The notes: a model not told the origin generated them from the sequence alone. Shown: positions 18,419-29,602, numbered from the stretch's first letter. The stretch: DNA of 64,000 nucleotides from an uncultured delta proteobacterium (GCA_963727625.1 CAVSHR010000002.1:256001-320000); one strand, 5' to 3'. Translations and numbers: made by a program.

Positions 18419-18881
18419 GGCTGGCTTCCCCCGCAACGCCTCTACCCACTTATTCGCTCGACCGGCGAAATAGTCGAGGCGCCTATCCTCCACATGTGCA
18501 AGGTCCCACACAGCAGCCTGCTTGACGTCTCTACATTCGTGGGCATCGCAGGGGTGCCAGATACACCGTCGTAAGTCAGAACAATCGAGTCTGTTTTCAA
18601 AGGGTCTTGATTGAACCGGAGAACCTTCTTGGGAAGCTCCGCCGTGATGGGAGCAAATCCAATCTTGGTCCACCTTCCTTTAGAATATGCGTGACGAATA
18701 ACCCATATAAGACTCTCTCCGATACGACCTCTTCGGGTGCTGGCATTGTCTCGCCAGAGACACGAAGTTCAATAAGCGCCTATTCAGGCTCATCAAGCAT
18801 TTGGCCGAATCCAAAGTAGCCGTCACCCAGCGAAATCGAGACTAAAACTCTCTTGGAGCATCTCTGTCGCGGCTTAGTCAT
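18413..18881 (-). pseudogene. Immunity protein 26 (Imm26)-like pseudogene
   Basis: MTKPRQR...ISLGDGYFGFGQMLDEPE*ALIELR / WVIRHAYSKGRWTKIG...RFNQDPL / ECRDVKQAAVWDLAHVEDRRLDYFAGRANKWVE; one TAG at 18780 and two frameshifts; lower GC than flanks. Confidence 0.7.
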
Positions 18882-19172
18882 ATGGGTATCTGCACAACTA
18901 TTGAGTGAGTTGTTCAGCCTGCGCTGTTTTTGACGGCTTATACCGGCCGGATTTGCTTGATGCTCCAGAATAATTTGCTCACGTATTTCGCGCATTTCCA
19001 ACGCCAACGTCAAGCCAATCTCTCCCAACAACTGCCGCCGGCGCGGATGCTTAATCCCCAATCGGCCGGCATTCAATCCCCGAAGTAACGTCGTGTTTTC
19101 AAGTTCTCAGAACCGGTGCGCTGGATTGTGAAGCCGTAGAATTCCGAGGACGTTCTAACACTAAAATTAATT

Positions 19173-19661
19173 TTATTTAGGGACCGAGCTTTCTCGACAA
19201 CACACGAAGTTCACCATCTTCATGCTCATCACCACTTCCTTTTTCTGGTTAAGCACTTCGATGAAAGTGCGGACGATGCCGCGGTCGGGGCGGGATTCGG
19301 AGCGGCGGGCTTCCAAGACGGTTGCGCGGACCGACAATTCATCGCCGGGAAAGACCGGCTTGTCCCAGCGCAGCTCGTCGCCGCCGGGGGAGCCTAAATT
19401 CGCGACCTTGGAGAGATAATTTTCCGTGTAGATGCGCATCATCAGCGCGGCGGTGTGCCAGCCGCTGGCGATCACGCCGCCGTAGATGCTCTGTTTCGCC
19501 GCTTCTTTGTCAACGTGATAGGAAAGCGGCACGTAACGCTTGCCGAAGGCGAGGACTTCTTCTTCGTCGACGGCGATGGAGCCGAATTCGTGCACGGTGC
19601 CGGGAACGTAATCTTCAAAGTAACGATTTTCGGGGGGATGGGCAAAACCGGAATCGTCCAT
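19173..19661 (-). CDS. MaoC-family dehydratase
   Basis: YFEDY, GGVIASGWHT and LRWDKPVFPGD. Confidence 0.92.
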   Translation of the reverse strand: MDDSGFAHPPENRYFEDYVPGTVHEFGSIAVDEEEVLAFGKRYVPLSYHVDKEAAKQSIYGGVIASGWHTAALMMRIYTENYLSKVANLGSPGGDELRWDKPVFPGDELSVRATVLEARRSESRPDRGIVRTFIEVLNQKKEVVMSMKMVNFVCCRESSVPK

Positions 19662-19683
19662 CTTTGCCTCAACGGTGAAACTT

Positions 19684-20322
19684 TTATTGCTGTTGGCTGG
19701 TCGGCTGTTGCTGCATCACGCGTGCGACTTTGCCAGTGATGTCGTCGGCACGCAGGATGTCGCTGATGATCGCCACCGAGTTGGCGCCCGCTTGCCAGAC
19801 TTGCTGGACGTTTTGTTCCATGATGCCGCCGATGGCGACGATGGGGAGTTTCACGCCCGCGCGAATCTGCCGAAGCATGTCGAGACCGCGGGCGGCGAAG
19901 CCGGTGTTTTTCGTCGAGGTGCCGAACATCGGCCCGAAGCCAATATAGTCGGCGCCGTTTCGCTCGGCTTCTTGGGCCTGCGCAAGATCGTGGGTCGAGA
20001 TGCCGATGATTTTGTTGCCGACCAGCTTTCTGCCGGCGACGAGCGGCAAATCCTCTTGGCCCAAGTGTACGCCGTCGGCGGCGCAAGCGAGAGCGATATC
20101 GACGCGATCGTTGATGATCAGCTTGCAGTTCTGTGTGCGGGTTCGCGCCCGAACATGCCGCGCCAACTCACAGAAATCGGCCGGCGTCAGCGATTTCACC
20201 CGCAGCTGGAGCCATTGAACGCCGCTTTTTAACAATTGTTCGAGAACCACCTCGGTGGACCGTCCGGCGGTTTGCTCGGGGTCGAGAATCGCATAGAGCG
20301 CTGGAAGGTCGAGCAGCGGCAT
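19684..20322 (-). CDS. thiE: Thiamine-phosphate synthase
   Basis: QLRVK, IINDRVD, GVHLGQED, GISTH, TSTK and AIGGI. Confidence 0.96.
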   Translation of the reverse strand: MPLLDLPALYAILDPEQTAGRSTEVVLEQLLKSGVQWLQLRVKSLTPADFCELARHVRARTRTQNCKLIINDRVDIALACAADGVHLGQEDLPLVAGRKLVGNKIIGISTHDLAQAQEAERNGADYIGFGPMFGTSTKNTGFAARGLDMLRQIRAGVKLPIVAIGGIMEQNVQQVWQAGANSVAIISDILRADDITGKVARVMQQQPTSQQQ

Positions 20323-20328
20323 GGGTGC

Positions 20329-21774
20329 TTAAGCCGGTTGTTTTTTAAGCTCGATACGCAGGTCGGTGATTTTTTTGCGCAGGGTATTGCGGTTGATGCC
20401 GAGAATTTGCGCGGCGCGGATCTGATTGCCGCGGGTTTTTTTGAGCGTCAACTCGATCAACGGCCGCTCGACCCTTTCGATGACCAAGGCATATAAGTTG
20501 TCGACATCGACGCCTTCGGTGCGGCGAAAATAATCTTCGAGCTTGTGGCGGATGATTTCCTCCAAGGAGAGCTGGTCGACCTCCATGGATGTCGCCGCCG
20601 GCTTGCTTTGCAGGGTGAAATCCTTGGGGAAGAGGATCGGACCCGAGGATAAAACCGCGGCGCGGATCAGCGTGTTCTCCAACTCGCGCACGTTACCGGG
20701 CCAGGAGTGTTCTTCGAGCCGCTTTTGCGCTTCGGGCGAAACCCCGGAAATCTGCAAGCCCATCTCGCGGTTGATCTTGTCGATGAAATAGCCGATCAGC
20801 AGTGAAATATCACCGCGCCGCTCGCGCAGCGGCGGCAGATAGATGGGGATTACCTTCAAGCGAAAGTAGAGATCTTCACGAAAACGTTTTTCCTTTACGG
20901 CTTTGTCGAGATCCTGATTGGTGGCGGCGAGAATGCGCACGTCGGCTTTCAGGGTATCGCGTCCGCCGACCCGGCTGTATTCGTGATCCTGGAGCACGCG
21001 CAGGAGTTTGGTTTGCAGGTCCAGCGGGATATCGCCGACTTCGTCTAAAAACAGCGTGCCGCCCTCGGCCAGCTCGAATTTGCCCAGGCGGCGATCCAAC
21101 GCGCCGGTGAAAGAACCCTTTTCATGGCCGAAGAGCTCGCTTTCCAGTAAGTCGCGCGGGATGGCGGCGCAGTTGATCGCTACGAAAGGCTGGTTCCAGC
21201 GCGGGGAGTTGTAGTGGATGGTCTTGGCGACGAGCTCCTTGCCCGTGCCGCTCTCACCCAAGATTAAGATCGTTGCCAAAGTATCGACGACTTGACCGAT
21301 GGTTTTGTAGACCGACTGCATGCTTGAGCTGGTTCCGATGATGTTGACGCCCGGCTCGAAGCGTTTCTTGACTTCTTCCTTAAGCTCGCGAAAGTCGCGA
21401 CTGAGCTTGTGGCTGTCGATGGCGCGCTTGACCAGCACCAGCACTTCATCGAGGTCGAAGGGCTTGGTGATGTAGTCGAAGGCGCCGTTCTTCATGGCGC
21501 CGATGGCGTTGCGCATGGTGTTCTGCGCGGTCATCAGGATCATCGCCGTGTCGATACCGTTTTCCTTGAGGTCTTTGAGCAGATCCAAACCATCGACGTC
21601 GGGCAGTTTGATGTCCATCAGCGATACGTCGAAGTGGCTGTCGGCGAGCAGCCGGCGGGCGGTGGCGCCGTTGGCCGCAGTCTGCACCCAGTAACCCTCG
21701 GTCTCGAGGGCCTTCTGCAAGACAAATCGCAGCGACTCTTCATCTTCGGTAATTAGAATTTTTCCTTGATCCAT
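20329..21774 (-). CDS. ntrC: NtrC-family sigma-54 response regulator (REC-AAA-Fis HTH)
   Basis: REC domain, [33 protein letters not shown] and [12 protein letters not shown]. Confidence 0.88.
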   Translation of the reverse strand: MDQGKILITEDEESLRFVLQKALETEGYWVQTAANGATARRLLADSHFDVSLMDIKLPDVDGLDLLKDLKENGIDTAMILMTAQNTMRNAIGAMKNGAFDYITKPFDLDEVLVLVKRAIDSHKLSRDFRELKEEVKKRFEPGVNIIGTSSSMQSVYKTIGQVVDTLATILILGESGTGKELVAKTIHYNSPRWNQPFVAINCAAIPRDLLESELFGHEKGSFTGALDRRLGKFELAEGGTLFLDEVGDIPLDLQTKLLRVLQDHEYSRVGGRDTLKADVRILAATNQDLDKAVKEKRFREDLYFRLKVIPIYLPPLRERRGDISLLIGYFIDKINREMGLQISGVSPEAQKRLEEHSWPGNVRELENTLIRAAVLSSGPILFPKDFTLQSKPAATSMEVDQLSLEEIIRHKLEDYFRRTEGVDVDNLYALVIERVERPLIELTLKKTRGNQIRAAQILGINRNTLRKKITDLRIELKKQPA

Positions 21775-21776
21775 TT

Positions 21777-22883
21777 TTAGTCGGCCACCACCAATGAGAT
21801 TCTAAATGTGCTGCCCTTCCCCTCCGTGCTTTCGACCCGGATCGTGCCGCCATGCTCCCTGATGATGCGATAACAGGTCGCCAAGCCGAGCCCGCTCCCG
21901 TTGTTTTTGGTCGTGAAGAACGGCGAAAAAATATGCGGCAAATCTTCTTCGCGAATGCCCCGGCCTTCATCGGCAAGATCAACCCATATGAAACGATTGG
22001 GTTCCGTGCCGTGCTCCCGGATATGATAATCGGTCTCCACCCTGGTGGTTACGAGCAGCGTCCCGCGGTCCATAGCTTGAAAAGCATTTTTTACCAGATT
22101 GAGAAATACTTGGGTGAGTTGGGCGCGATCACCGCGGATCGGCGGCAGGCTCGGGTCGAACCACTTCCGCACGGTGATTTCCTTGTCGTCTTTGTTTTGG
22201 CCTTCGAGCAGCAAAACGTCTTCCAAAATTTCGTGGATATTCACCGGGGCGAGCGTCAACTGCGCCGGGCGCGATAGATCGAGCAGCTGCTCGATTAGCT
22301 GATTTACCCTGTCTACTTCGCGGATCATGATGTCGGTGAACTCCCGCACCGACGGTTCGCTGTCGCTGGAACGGCGCAGTAGCTGGGCGGCACCTTTGAT
22401 GCCCCCCAGGGGGTTACGTATTTCATGGGCCAGGCCGGCCGCTAACGTGCCCATCAAGGCCAGGCGATCGGCCCGTTTGAGATCCTCCTCGAGTTCCTTG
22501 CGGCGCTTGATGTCGCGCAGTAGTAGGATCGTGCCGACAAAGTGGCCGTGGCGGTCTTGCAGCGGCGAAACCGTGACGCCGACGGGAATCTTTCTGCCCC
22601 AACGAGTGATAAAATCGCCCTCGCCGCGGGCGCGCTTTTGGCGCGGCGGATGGGTTCGTTTGACCAGATCGATGAGCCAGGGCTCGCGCTTGAAGATTTG
22701 CTCCAGCCGCTGCCCGACCGCGGCTGCCGAAGAGATGTCGGTGAGCAGCTCCGAAGCTTCGTTAAAGAAAATGATCTTACCGTCGGTGTCGAGCGAGACC
22801 ACGCCGTCGTCAAGGTTGGCGAGGATTTGCTCCCAGGAAATTTGCGCAGGCGAAATTCGTTTCGCTGGACTCGAAGCTTTCAT
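21777..22883 (-). CDS. ntrB: NtrB-like PAS histidine kinase
   Basis: PAS domain, LAHEIRNPLGGIKGAAQLL, NLVKNA and FSPFFTTK..GSGLGL. Confidence 0.88.
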   Translation of the reverse strand: MKASSPAKRISPAQISWEQILANLDDGVVSLDTDGKIIFFNEASELLTDISSAAAVGQRLEQIFKREPWLIDLVKRTHPPRQKRARGEGDFITRWGRKIPVGVTVSPLQDRHGHFVGTILLLRDIKRRKELEEDLKRADRLALMGTLAAGLAHEIRNPLGGIKGAAQLLRRSSDSEPSVREFTDIMIREVDRVNQLIEQLLDLSRPAQLTLAPVNIHEILEDVLLLEGQNKDDKEITVRKWFDPSLPPIRGDRAQLTQVFLNLVKNAFQAMDRGTLLVTTRVETDYHIREHGTEPNRFIWVDLADEGRGIREEDLPHIFSPFFTTKNNGSGLGLATCYRIIREHGGTIRVESTEGKGSTFRISLVVAD

Positions 22884-23015
22884 GGACGGTGCGCCGATTA
22901 AAAACAGAATCATAGCAAATACCCGCAGGCGTGCAACGCCGCGAGCGAACCCAGGCCTTGCATTGCCGAGCTCCGGTATGGTATCAATTTTCTTACACTT
23001 TAGGAGTCAACACTC

Positions 23016-23046
23016 AAAGTGGGCTTTGCCCGCTTTTTTTGTTTTT
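23016..23046 (+). promoter_or_regulatory. rimP leader terminator-like hairpin
   Basis: AAAGTGGGC-TTT-GCCCGCTTTTTTTGTTTTT just upstream of the rimP ATG, like the conserved rimP-leader motif. Confidence 0.75.
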
Positions 23047-23059
23047 AGAGGCCGCAAGG

Positions 23060-23548
23060 ATGGATGCGACCATTGCCCGCATTTGGGAGCTAGCCGCGCC
23101 TCTGGCGGAAACCCAGGGCATGGAGATAATCGACATTGAACTCCGGCGCGAAGGGAGCCGTACCGGTCGCGTTCTGCGCTTGTATCTCGACAAAGACGGC
23201 GGTCCGAAGATGGACGATCTAACCCTGGTGAGCCGGGAATTGAGTGCACTGCTCGATACGCACGACGTAGTGGAGGGCGCTTACACTTTGGAAGTGTCCT
23301 CGCCAGGCATCAATCGGCCGCTCAAGCTTCCGGAACATTTTGTGCGTTTTGTCGGCAAGACCGTTCGCGTGCGAACCCGGGAGTTAATCCAGGGCCGAAG
23401 GTCGTTTCTGGGCCGGCTGTTGGAGGTCTCGAACGATAAGATCGTCGTGAATCAAGACGGAACGCGTTGCGAAATCCCGTTTTCGCTGATTGAAAAATCA
23501 AATTACGAGCACGACTGGAGTGCCGAATATGCAGCAGGATCTAAATAG
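23060..23548 (+). CDS. rimP: Ribosome maturation factor RimP
   Basis: LRLYLDK and YTLEVSSPGINRPL; first gene of the nusA-infB operon. Confidence 0.95.
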   Translation: MDATIARIWELAAPLAETQGMEIIDIELRREGSRTGRVLRLYLDKDGGPKMDDLTLVSRELSALLDTHDVVEGAYTLEVSSPGINRPLKLPEHFVRFVGKTVRVRTRELIQGRRSFLGRLLEVSNDKIVVNQDGTRCEIPFSLIEKSNYEHDWSAEYAAGSK

Positions 23549-24908
23549 AGTCATCGAACAGGTGAGCAAGGAAAAGGGAATCGACAAGACGATTCTCATC
23601 AGCGCCTTGGAAAATGCCATGGTCTCGGCCGCCAAGAAGAAATTCGGCCACAATCGCAAGATCGAGGCGCAGTTCAATACGGAGATCGGCGAAGTCGAGC
23701 TGTTCGAAGCCAAGACCGTGGTGGAACAAATCCAAGACGAGGCGACCGAGATTACCTTAAAGGAAGCCCGGGAGACCCTCGATCCCGACGCCGAGGTCGG
23801 TGACGAGCTGTTGTGCAAGCTCGATTCGAGCCTGTTCGGACGCATCGCGGCCCAGGCCGCTAAGCAAAACATCGTGCAACGGTTACGCGACGCCGAGCGC
23901 GAGATCATCTACAACGAATTCAAGGGCCGCGAGGGCCAGTTGGTCAACGGCATCGTGCAGCGTTTCGAGAAGCGCAACATCATCGTGAATCTCGGGCGCA
24001 CCGACGCGATTCTGCCGGAAAAGGAACAGGTGCCGCGCGAGCGCTACCGCCAGGGCGACCGGATCCGCGCCTATATTGTCAGCGTCGAAATCACCAGCCG
24101 GGGGCCGCAAATCGTGCTGTCGCGCACCCATCCGGGCATGTTGATTCAACTCTTCGCACAGGAAGTGCCGGAGATTTATGAAGGCATCGTCGAAGTCAAA
24201 GGCGCGGCGCGGGAGCCGGGCGGACGGGCCAAGATTGCCGTGGTTTCGCACGACTCTGACGTCGATCCGGTGGGAGCCTGTGTCGGCATGAAAGGCACGC
24301 GGGTGCAATCCGTCGTCCAGGAGTTGCGCGGTGAGAAAATCGATATCGTGCACTGGATTCCCGATCAAGCCGAATATGTCTGCCGGGCGCTTGCGCCGGC
24401 GAAGGCTTCCAAAATCATCATTGACGACGACGATCACACCATGGAAGTCATCGTTCCGGACGATCAGCTTTCGCTGGCGATCGGGAGAAAAGGTCAGAAC
24501 GTCCGCTTGGCTTCTCGTCTCACCGGCTGGCGCATAGATGTGCGGAGCGAGGCGGAGGCTGAAGAAGAGACGCGTCGGGCTCGCCAGTCGATCGGTGCGA
24601 TCCCGGGCATCGGCGATTTTGCCTCCGAGTTGCTTTATCAAGAGGGATTTAAGTCGGCGGAAGATATCGCGGACAGCGAGCTGGCGGAAATTCTCGATGT
24701 CGAGGGTATCAGCAAGGAAAAAGCCGAGGCTTTGCATATTTCGGCAAAGCAGTACGTGGCCGAGAAGCGAGCTCAAGAAGCTGAGGCGGCGGCGAACGAA
24801 GCAGCCGCTAAAGAAGCCGCTGCGAAAGAAGCGGCTGCGAATGCGGCGACCGCTGTGGCAGAGATTCCTCCGGAGAGCGCGCCCGAGCAAGAGTCGCAAC
24901 CCGAATAG
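23529..24908 (+). CDS. nusA: Transcription termination factor NusA
   Basis: FGRIAAQAAKQ, AREPGGRAKIAV, DPVGACVGMKG and AIGRKGQNVRLA. Confidence 0.98.
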   Translation: MQQDLNRVIEQVSKEKGIDKTILISALENAMVSAAKKKFGHNRKIEAQFNTEIGEVELFEAKTVVEQIQDEATEITLKEARETLDPDAEVGDELLCKLDSSLFGRIAAQAAKQNIVQRLRDAEREIIYNEFKGREGQLVNGIVQRFEKRNIIVNLGRTDAILPEKEQVPRERYRQGDRIRAYIVSVEITSRGPQIVLSRTHPGMLIQLFAQEVPEIYEGIVEVKGAAREPGGRAKIAVVSHDSDVDPVGACVGMKGTRVQSVVQELRGEKIDIVHWIPDQAEYVCRALAPAKASKIIIDDDDHTMEVIVPDDQLSLAIGRKGQNVRLASRLTGWRIDVRSEAEAEEETRRARQSIGAIPGIGDFASELLYQEGFKSAEDIADSELAEILDVEGISKEKAEALHISAKQYVAEKRAQEAEAAANEAAAKEAAAKEAAANAATAVAEIPPESAPEQESQPE

Positions 24909-24910
24909 GC

Positions 24911-25180
24911 GTGACGCAAACTAGATGGCAGCCGCAGCGAACTTGCCTGGGCTGTGGGGCGCGAGACGATCAAAGACGGCTGCTGCGCTTGGCGGTGACG
25001 GAGCAGGGCCGGCTGGTTGTCGATCGCGCTAACGGACGCGGCGGGTATTTGCATCGTTACGAGCAGTGTTGGCGAAAGTTCTTGGGACGAAAAGGATTGT
25101 ATCGCGCCTTTCGGGTTGAAGTTAGCCGAGCCACGAAGGAACAGTTGATGAAGGAACTCAAGGGTCGAGACTGGGAGTAA
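24911..25180 (+). CDS. ylxR: YlxR/DUF448 (RnpM-like) RNA-binding protein
   Basis: PQRTCLGC and GRGGYLH; located between nusA and infB. Confidence 0.88.
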   Translation: MTQTRWQPQRTCLGCGARDDQRRLLRLAVTEQGRLVVDRANGRGGYLHRYEQCWRKFLGRKGLYRAFRVEVSRATKEQLMKELKGRDWE

Positions 25181-25186
25181 GCAGAG

Positions 25187-27922
25187 ATGGGGAAGACAAG
25201 AGTCCATCTATTAGCCAAGGAATTGGAAGTTGAGACCAAAGATCTCATCGCTCAGCTTGATAAGCTGGGCATAAGAGGGCGGAAAGCCCAGAGCGCGCTT
25301 GAAGACGACGACGTGGTGCGCGTGCGCGCAGCTTTTGCGGCTCAGGAAAAACCTCAAGTCCATGTCGGCGAGGAAAAAATTGTCGCCGATCGCTTGGTTA
25401 AAAGCGAAGACGAAGGCGACGGAACCGAAGCCCGTGAAACCGTCGTCGAGCGCCGCGTGCGCGCCAACGTGATTCGCCGGCGGGTCAATCGCACGGAGGT
25501 TGCACCGAGCGAAACTGCGACCGCCGCGACTGAAATTGCAAAATCTCCGTTCCCAGAACCCGCCGCCCCAGAGATCGAAACGGCCGCGCCGGAAACCCCG
25601 GCTGATATAAACCCAATCGAGATGACACCGGTGATCGAATCTCCCTTTGAACCGGCCACGCCATTGGAGCCTCCAGAAGAGTCTCAAGCGCTTCCTTTGG
25701 AGCATGAGACCCAGCCGTCTTTGGCTGTTACACCGGCGCCGCAACCAGCGTCGTCGCAGAGCGAAGCCGCTGCGCCGGAAGCGCCGCGGGGCGCGCGCAT
25801 TCTTGGCCGCATTGATCTGAAACAAACCATGCGCATTGAACCGGCGCCGACGCCGTTGCGCAAACCGCCGCCAGGCGCTCCGGGAGCCGCCGGCGCGCGC
25901 GCGAGCGAAGCCGATCGAACCCGCCCGGCTGACGGCACGGTCGTGCCAGCGGGCGAGGACAAGCCGAAGGCTGGGCGCCATAAGAAGCGCGTCGTTAAGA
26001 AACAAGACGTGCTGGAAACCAGAGAGAAAGAGCTGCGCGGCGGGCGTTTCCCGCGGAAGAAAAGAGTTTTGCCCGGCAAAGAGGTCAAACAAACCGAGAT
26101 TACGGTTCCGAAAGCGAGCAAGCGGGTCATTAAAATTTCCGAAGTCGTCACGGTCGGCGATTTGTCCAGAGAAATGGGCGTCAAAGCCGGCGAGGTTATT
26201 AAAAAATTGATGGGCATGGGGATGATGGCGACTATCAACCAAGTGCTCGACACCGACACGGCAACTTTGATCGCCTCGGAATTCGACCATCAGGTCGAGA
26301 ACGTCGCCTTCGATGTCGACAGTGCTTTGGAGGTCGAACATCAAGTCGAAGATCAGGAAAGCGCGCTCTTGCCGCGTCCACCGGTGGTAACGATCATGGG
26401 CCATGTAGACCATGGCAAAACTTCTCTATTGGACGCGATCCGCAGCACCAACGTGACGGCGCAGGAGCATGGTGGCATCACCCAGCATATCGGCGCCTAC
26501 CATGTGTGGGTCGACGGGCGCAGCGTGACTTTCCTCGACACGCCGGGCCACGAAGCTTTTACGGCGATGCGCGCGCGCGGCGCTAAAGTGACCGACATCG
26601 TCGTGCTCGTCGTCGCCGCCGACGACGGTGTCATGCCGCAGACGGTGGAGGCGATCAATCACGCCCGCGCCGCCGAGGTGCCGATCCTCGTGGCGGTCAA
26701 CAAGATCGATCGGCCTGACGCTGACCTCGAGAAGGTGAAGCGAGGTTTATCAGAACACGGCCTGGTCGCCGAAGATTGGGGCGGCGACGCGGTCTTTGCG
26801 CCGGTGTCAGCAAAAACTCAACAAGGTATCCCGCACCTGCTCGAAATGTTGCTCTTGCAAGCCGATATTTTAGAACTCAAGGCAAATCCGGATAAGCTTG
26901 CCCGAGGCACTATCGTCGAAGCCAAGCTGGACCGCGGCCGAGGACCCGTGGCGACCGTGCTCGTGCAGGAAGGGACGCTGCGCGTCGGGGATGCCTTTGT
27001 CTGCGGCGTCTATTATGGCAAGGTGCGCGCGATGGTCGACGATCATGGGCGCAAAGTCGAAGTGGCGCCGCCGTCTTTTCCGGTGGAGATTCTCGGGCTC
27101 CAAGGGGTGCCGCTGGCCGGCGATTCATTCGTCGCGGTTGCCGACGAAGCCAAGGCGCGCCAGGTGGCGGAATACCGTCATAGCAAACAAAGAGAGACCG
27201 AGTTGGTCAAGTCGAGCAAGGTGTCCCTCGACGAGCTCTACAATCAAATCAAAGCCGGCGATGTCAAAGAGCTCCGCGTTGTGCTCAAAGCCGACGTGCA
27301 GGGTTCCGTGGAGGCTTTGACCGATGCGCTCAACCGGATGTCCACCGATGAAGTGAAACTCAGAGTCATCCACGGCTCGGTCGGCGGGATCACGGAAAGC
27401 GACATTCTGTTAGCCACGGCGTCGAACGCGATTGTGATCGGATTCAACGTACGACCGGAATCGAAGGGTGCGGCTCTAGCCGCCCGAGAAGGCGTCGATG
27501 TTCGGCTCTATACGATTATTTACGAGGCAGTGGCTGATATTCGCGCGGCAATGGAAGGCATGCTCGAGCCAACGTTCCGCGAACAAATCCTGGCCCGGGT
27601 GGACCTCCGCCAGACTTTCAATATCGCCGGCGTCGGCACGATTGCCGGATGTTACGTCACCGAAGGCAAAATCGCGCGCGGCAATCTGGTCCGCCTGTTG
27701 CGGGACCATGTGGTAGTCTTCGAAGGCAAGTTGGCGAGCCTCAAGCGTTTTAAAGACGACGTGCGTGAGGTGGCGGCCGGATATGAATGCGGTCTTTCCC
27801 TGGAAGGATATCAGGACATCAAGCAGGGCGATACCATCGAGGCCTTCGAGCGCATTCCGGTCGTGCGCCGGATCAGCACCGCGCCGTCCGGGCGCGAAGC
27901 GGCGCGGCTCGGCGGCACGTAG
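25187..27922 (+). CDS. infB: Translation initiation factor IF-2
   Basis: [28 protein letters not shown] and LKRFKDDV. Confidence 0.98.
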   Translation: MGKTRVHLLAKELEVETKDLIAQLDKLGIRGRKAQSALEDDDVVRVRAAFAAQEKPQVHVGEEKIVADRLVKSEDEGDGTEARETVVERRVRANVIRRRVNRTEVAPSETATAATEIAKSPFPEPAAPEIETAAPETPADINPIEMTPVIESPFEPATPLEPPEESQALPLEHETQPSLAVTPAPQPASSQSEAAAPEAPRGARILGRIDLKQTMRIEPAPTPLRKPPPGAPGAAGARASEADRTRPADGTVVPAGEDKPKAGRHKKRVVKKQDVLETREKELRGGRFPRKKRVLPGKEVKQTEITVPKASKRVIKISEVVTVGDLSREMGVKAGEVIKKLMGMGMMATINQVLDTDTATLIASEFDHQVENVAFDVDSALEVEHQVEDQESALLPRPPVVTIMGHVDHGKTSLLDAIRSTNVTAQEHGGITQHIGAYHVWVDGRSVTFLDTPGHEAFTAMRARGAKVTDIVVLVVAADDGVMPQTVEAINHARAAEVPILVAVNKIDRPDADLEKVKRGLSEHGLVAEDWGGDAVFAPVSAKTQQGIPHLLEMLLLQADILELKANPDKLARGTIVEAKLDRGRGPVATVLVQEGTLRVGDAFVCGVYYGKVRAMVDDHGRKVEVAPPSFPVEILGLQGVPLAGDSFVAVADEAKARQVAEYRHSKQRETELVKSSKVSLDELYNQIKAGDVKELRVVLKADVQGSVEALTDALNRMSTDEVKLRVIHGSVGGITESDILLATASNAIVIGFNVRPESKGAALAAREGVDVRLYTIIYEAVADIRAAMEGMLEPTFREQILARVDLRQTFNIAGVGTIAGCYVTEGKIARGNLVRLLRDHVVVFEGKLASLKRFKDDVREVAAGYECGLSLEGYQDIKQGDTIEAFERIPVVRRISTAPSGREAARLGGT

Positions 27923-27954
27923 GCCGCCGGCAGCATGGAGATCCGTCCAGTCCA

Positions 27955-28242
27955 ATGGTCGTGGGAATCCTTAAAATCAAATTGATGATTCCCGAAAACC
28001 ATTCGCTCAAGGGAAAACGCGGAATTTTGAAACGTATTCAAGCGCGGGTTGGCAACCAATTTAACGTCTCGGTGACCGAGTGCGATGATCAGGAACTGTG
28101 GCAAAGCGCGGTGTTGGGCTTTGCCGCGGCCGGTACGAGCCACGCGATCGTCGAAGCGACGCTCCACAAGATCGTTGAATTCGTCGACGGACTCGGTTTA
28201 GCCGAGCTCGGCGAGGCAGAGGTCGAAAGCTTTCATTGCTGA
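27955..28242 (+). CDS. DUF503 (YlxP) family protein
   Basis: MVVG...HSLKGKR...FNVSV; located between infB and rbfA. Confidence 0.9.
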   Translation: MVVGILKIKLMIPENHSLKGKRGILKRIQARVGNQFNVSVTECDDQELWQSAVLGFAAAGTSHAIVEATLHKIVEFVDGLGLAELGEAEVESFHC

Positions 28243-28292
28243 ACCCCTGATCCGTTCGCCGTCGATTTTGAATTCATCCTCCCTGTCCTATC

Positions 28293-28637
28293 ATGGAATA
28301 CCAACGATCAGATCGTGTCGGTGATTTATTGCTTGAAGTGATTGCCGATCTGTTGCGCCGCGAGATCCGCGATCCGCGACTGCAGTGGCTGAACCTCACC
28401 GGAGTGAAGGTCAGCAAGGATCTCCGGCATGCCAATGTGTATTTCAACCTTCTCAGCGCGGCGGAAGATGATAAGGATGCGGCAATGGCCGGGTTAAAGA
28501 GTGCCGGTGGATTCATTCGTTCCAAGGTAGGTAAAAAACTCAATCTGCGGTTCGTGCCAACCATTGAGTTTACCTACGACGAGAGCGAAGAAGAAGCCCG
28601 GCGCATCGACAGTTTGCTGAACAAAGTCAAGCAATAA
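28293..28637 (+). CDS. rbfA: Ribosome-binding factor A
   Basis: RSDRV, IRDPR, VKVSKDL and LRFVPTIEFTYDES. Confidence 0.96.
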   Translation: MEYQRSDRVGDLLLEVIADLLRREIRDPRLQWLNLTGVKVSKDLRHANVYFNLLSAAEDDKDAAMAGLKSAGGFIRSKVGKKLNLRFVPTIEFTYDESEEEARRIDSLLNKVKQ

Positions 28638-28696
28638 ATTCCTATCGCTCGAAGTCTTCGGTTTCATTGTGATACGCCAAATTTCCGGATTTTACT

Positions 28697-29602
28697 ATGA
28701 GCATGACGCGCAGCGGCATTTTGCTAATCGACAAATCGGAAGGGCCGTCTTCGGCGCAAGTAGTGCACCGGGTTAAGACCCTGTTGCAGGCGAAAAAAGT
28801 CGGTCATCTCGGCACGCTCGATCCCTTTGCCTCGGGACTGCTCCTTATTGGCATCAACGAGGGAACCAAAATCGCCGATCTCTTTCTCGGCGGGGTGAAA
28901 AGCTATCGCGGCGTGATTGCCTTGGGAATCGAAACCGACACCCAGGACCGCACCGGTAAGATTTTGCAGGAACGACCGGTAGGAGCGCTCGAAGATGCGC
29001 ATTTGCGCGCCATGGAACAAAAATTTACCGGCGAATTGCAACAGGTGCCACCGATGTTCTCGGCGTTAAAAAAAGACGGTGTTCGCCTATACCGCTTGGC
29101 GCGTCAGGGTAAGGAGGTCCCTCGCGAACCTCGCCGGATTCGGATAGACCATCTGTGGTTAAGCCGGTTGAGCGATTCGGAGCTCGAGTTCGAGACCACC
29201 TGTTCGCGCGGAACCTATATCCGCACCCTGGCCGCCGATATGGGCAAACAACTCGGATGCGGCGCGCATTTAAAGACGTTGCGGCGCACGGCCTGCGATC
29301 ATCTGAAGGTTGAGAATGCGGTCCGAGTCGAGGAACTTGCAAGCCGATGCGCCGCGGGTGGCTTGCCCGTGCTGACGCTGCGAGAAGCACTAAGCCATCT
29401 ACCGGCGGTCACCTGGCAAAGCCGGTATTTGTCGCGTTTGCGGTTGGGGCAGCAGGAATTATTGGCGCAAATCGGCAATCCTCTCGGCGGACAAAATTTG
29501 CTGGGAATTCTCGAACCCTGCGGCGACCTCGCCGCCCTGGTCCAGTGGACCGAAGATCTGCCGGGCGGCCGTTGGCGTCTGTATCGGCTGTTTCAGAGCT
29601 GA
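28697..29602 (+). CDS. truB: tRNA pseudouridine(55) synthase
   Basis: KVGHLGTLDPFASG, QVPPMFSALK and CSRGTYIRTL. Confidence 0.96.
   Translation: MSMTRSGILLIDKSEGPSSAQVVHRVKTLLQAKKVGHLGTLDPFASGLLLIGINEGTKIADLFLGGVKSYRGVIALGIETDTQDRTGKILQERPVGALEDAHLRAMEQKFTGELQQVPPMFSALKKDGVRLYRLARQGKEVPREPRRIRIDHLWLSRLSDSELEFETTCSRGTYIRTLAADMGKQLGCGAHLKTLRRTACDHLKVENAVRVEELASRCAAGGLPVLTLREALSHLPAVTWQSRYLSRLRLGQQELLAQIGNPLGGQNLLGILEPCGDLAALVQWTEDLPGGRWRLYRLFQS

Noticed and set aside
18882-19076. N-terminal part of the ORF 18780-19076 as a gene
   Set aside because: Only the part from ATG 18881 resembles a protein family (Imm26); the upstream part has no recognisable coding signal.
28237-28242. Cys-TGA at the end of DUF503 as a CU motif
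   Set aside because: The protein is already full length for the family, no SECIS-like hairpin follows, and read-through would overlap rbfA.
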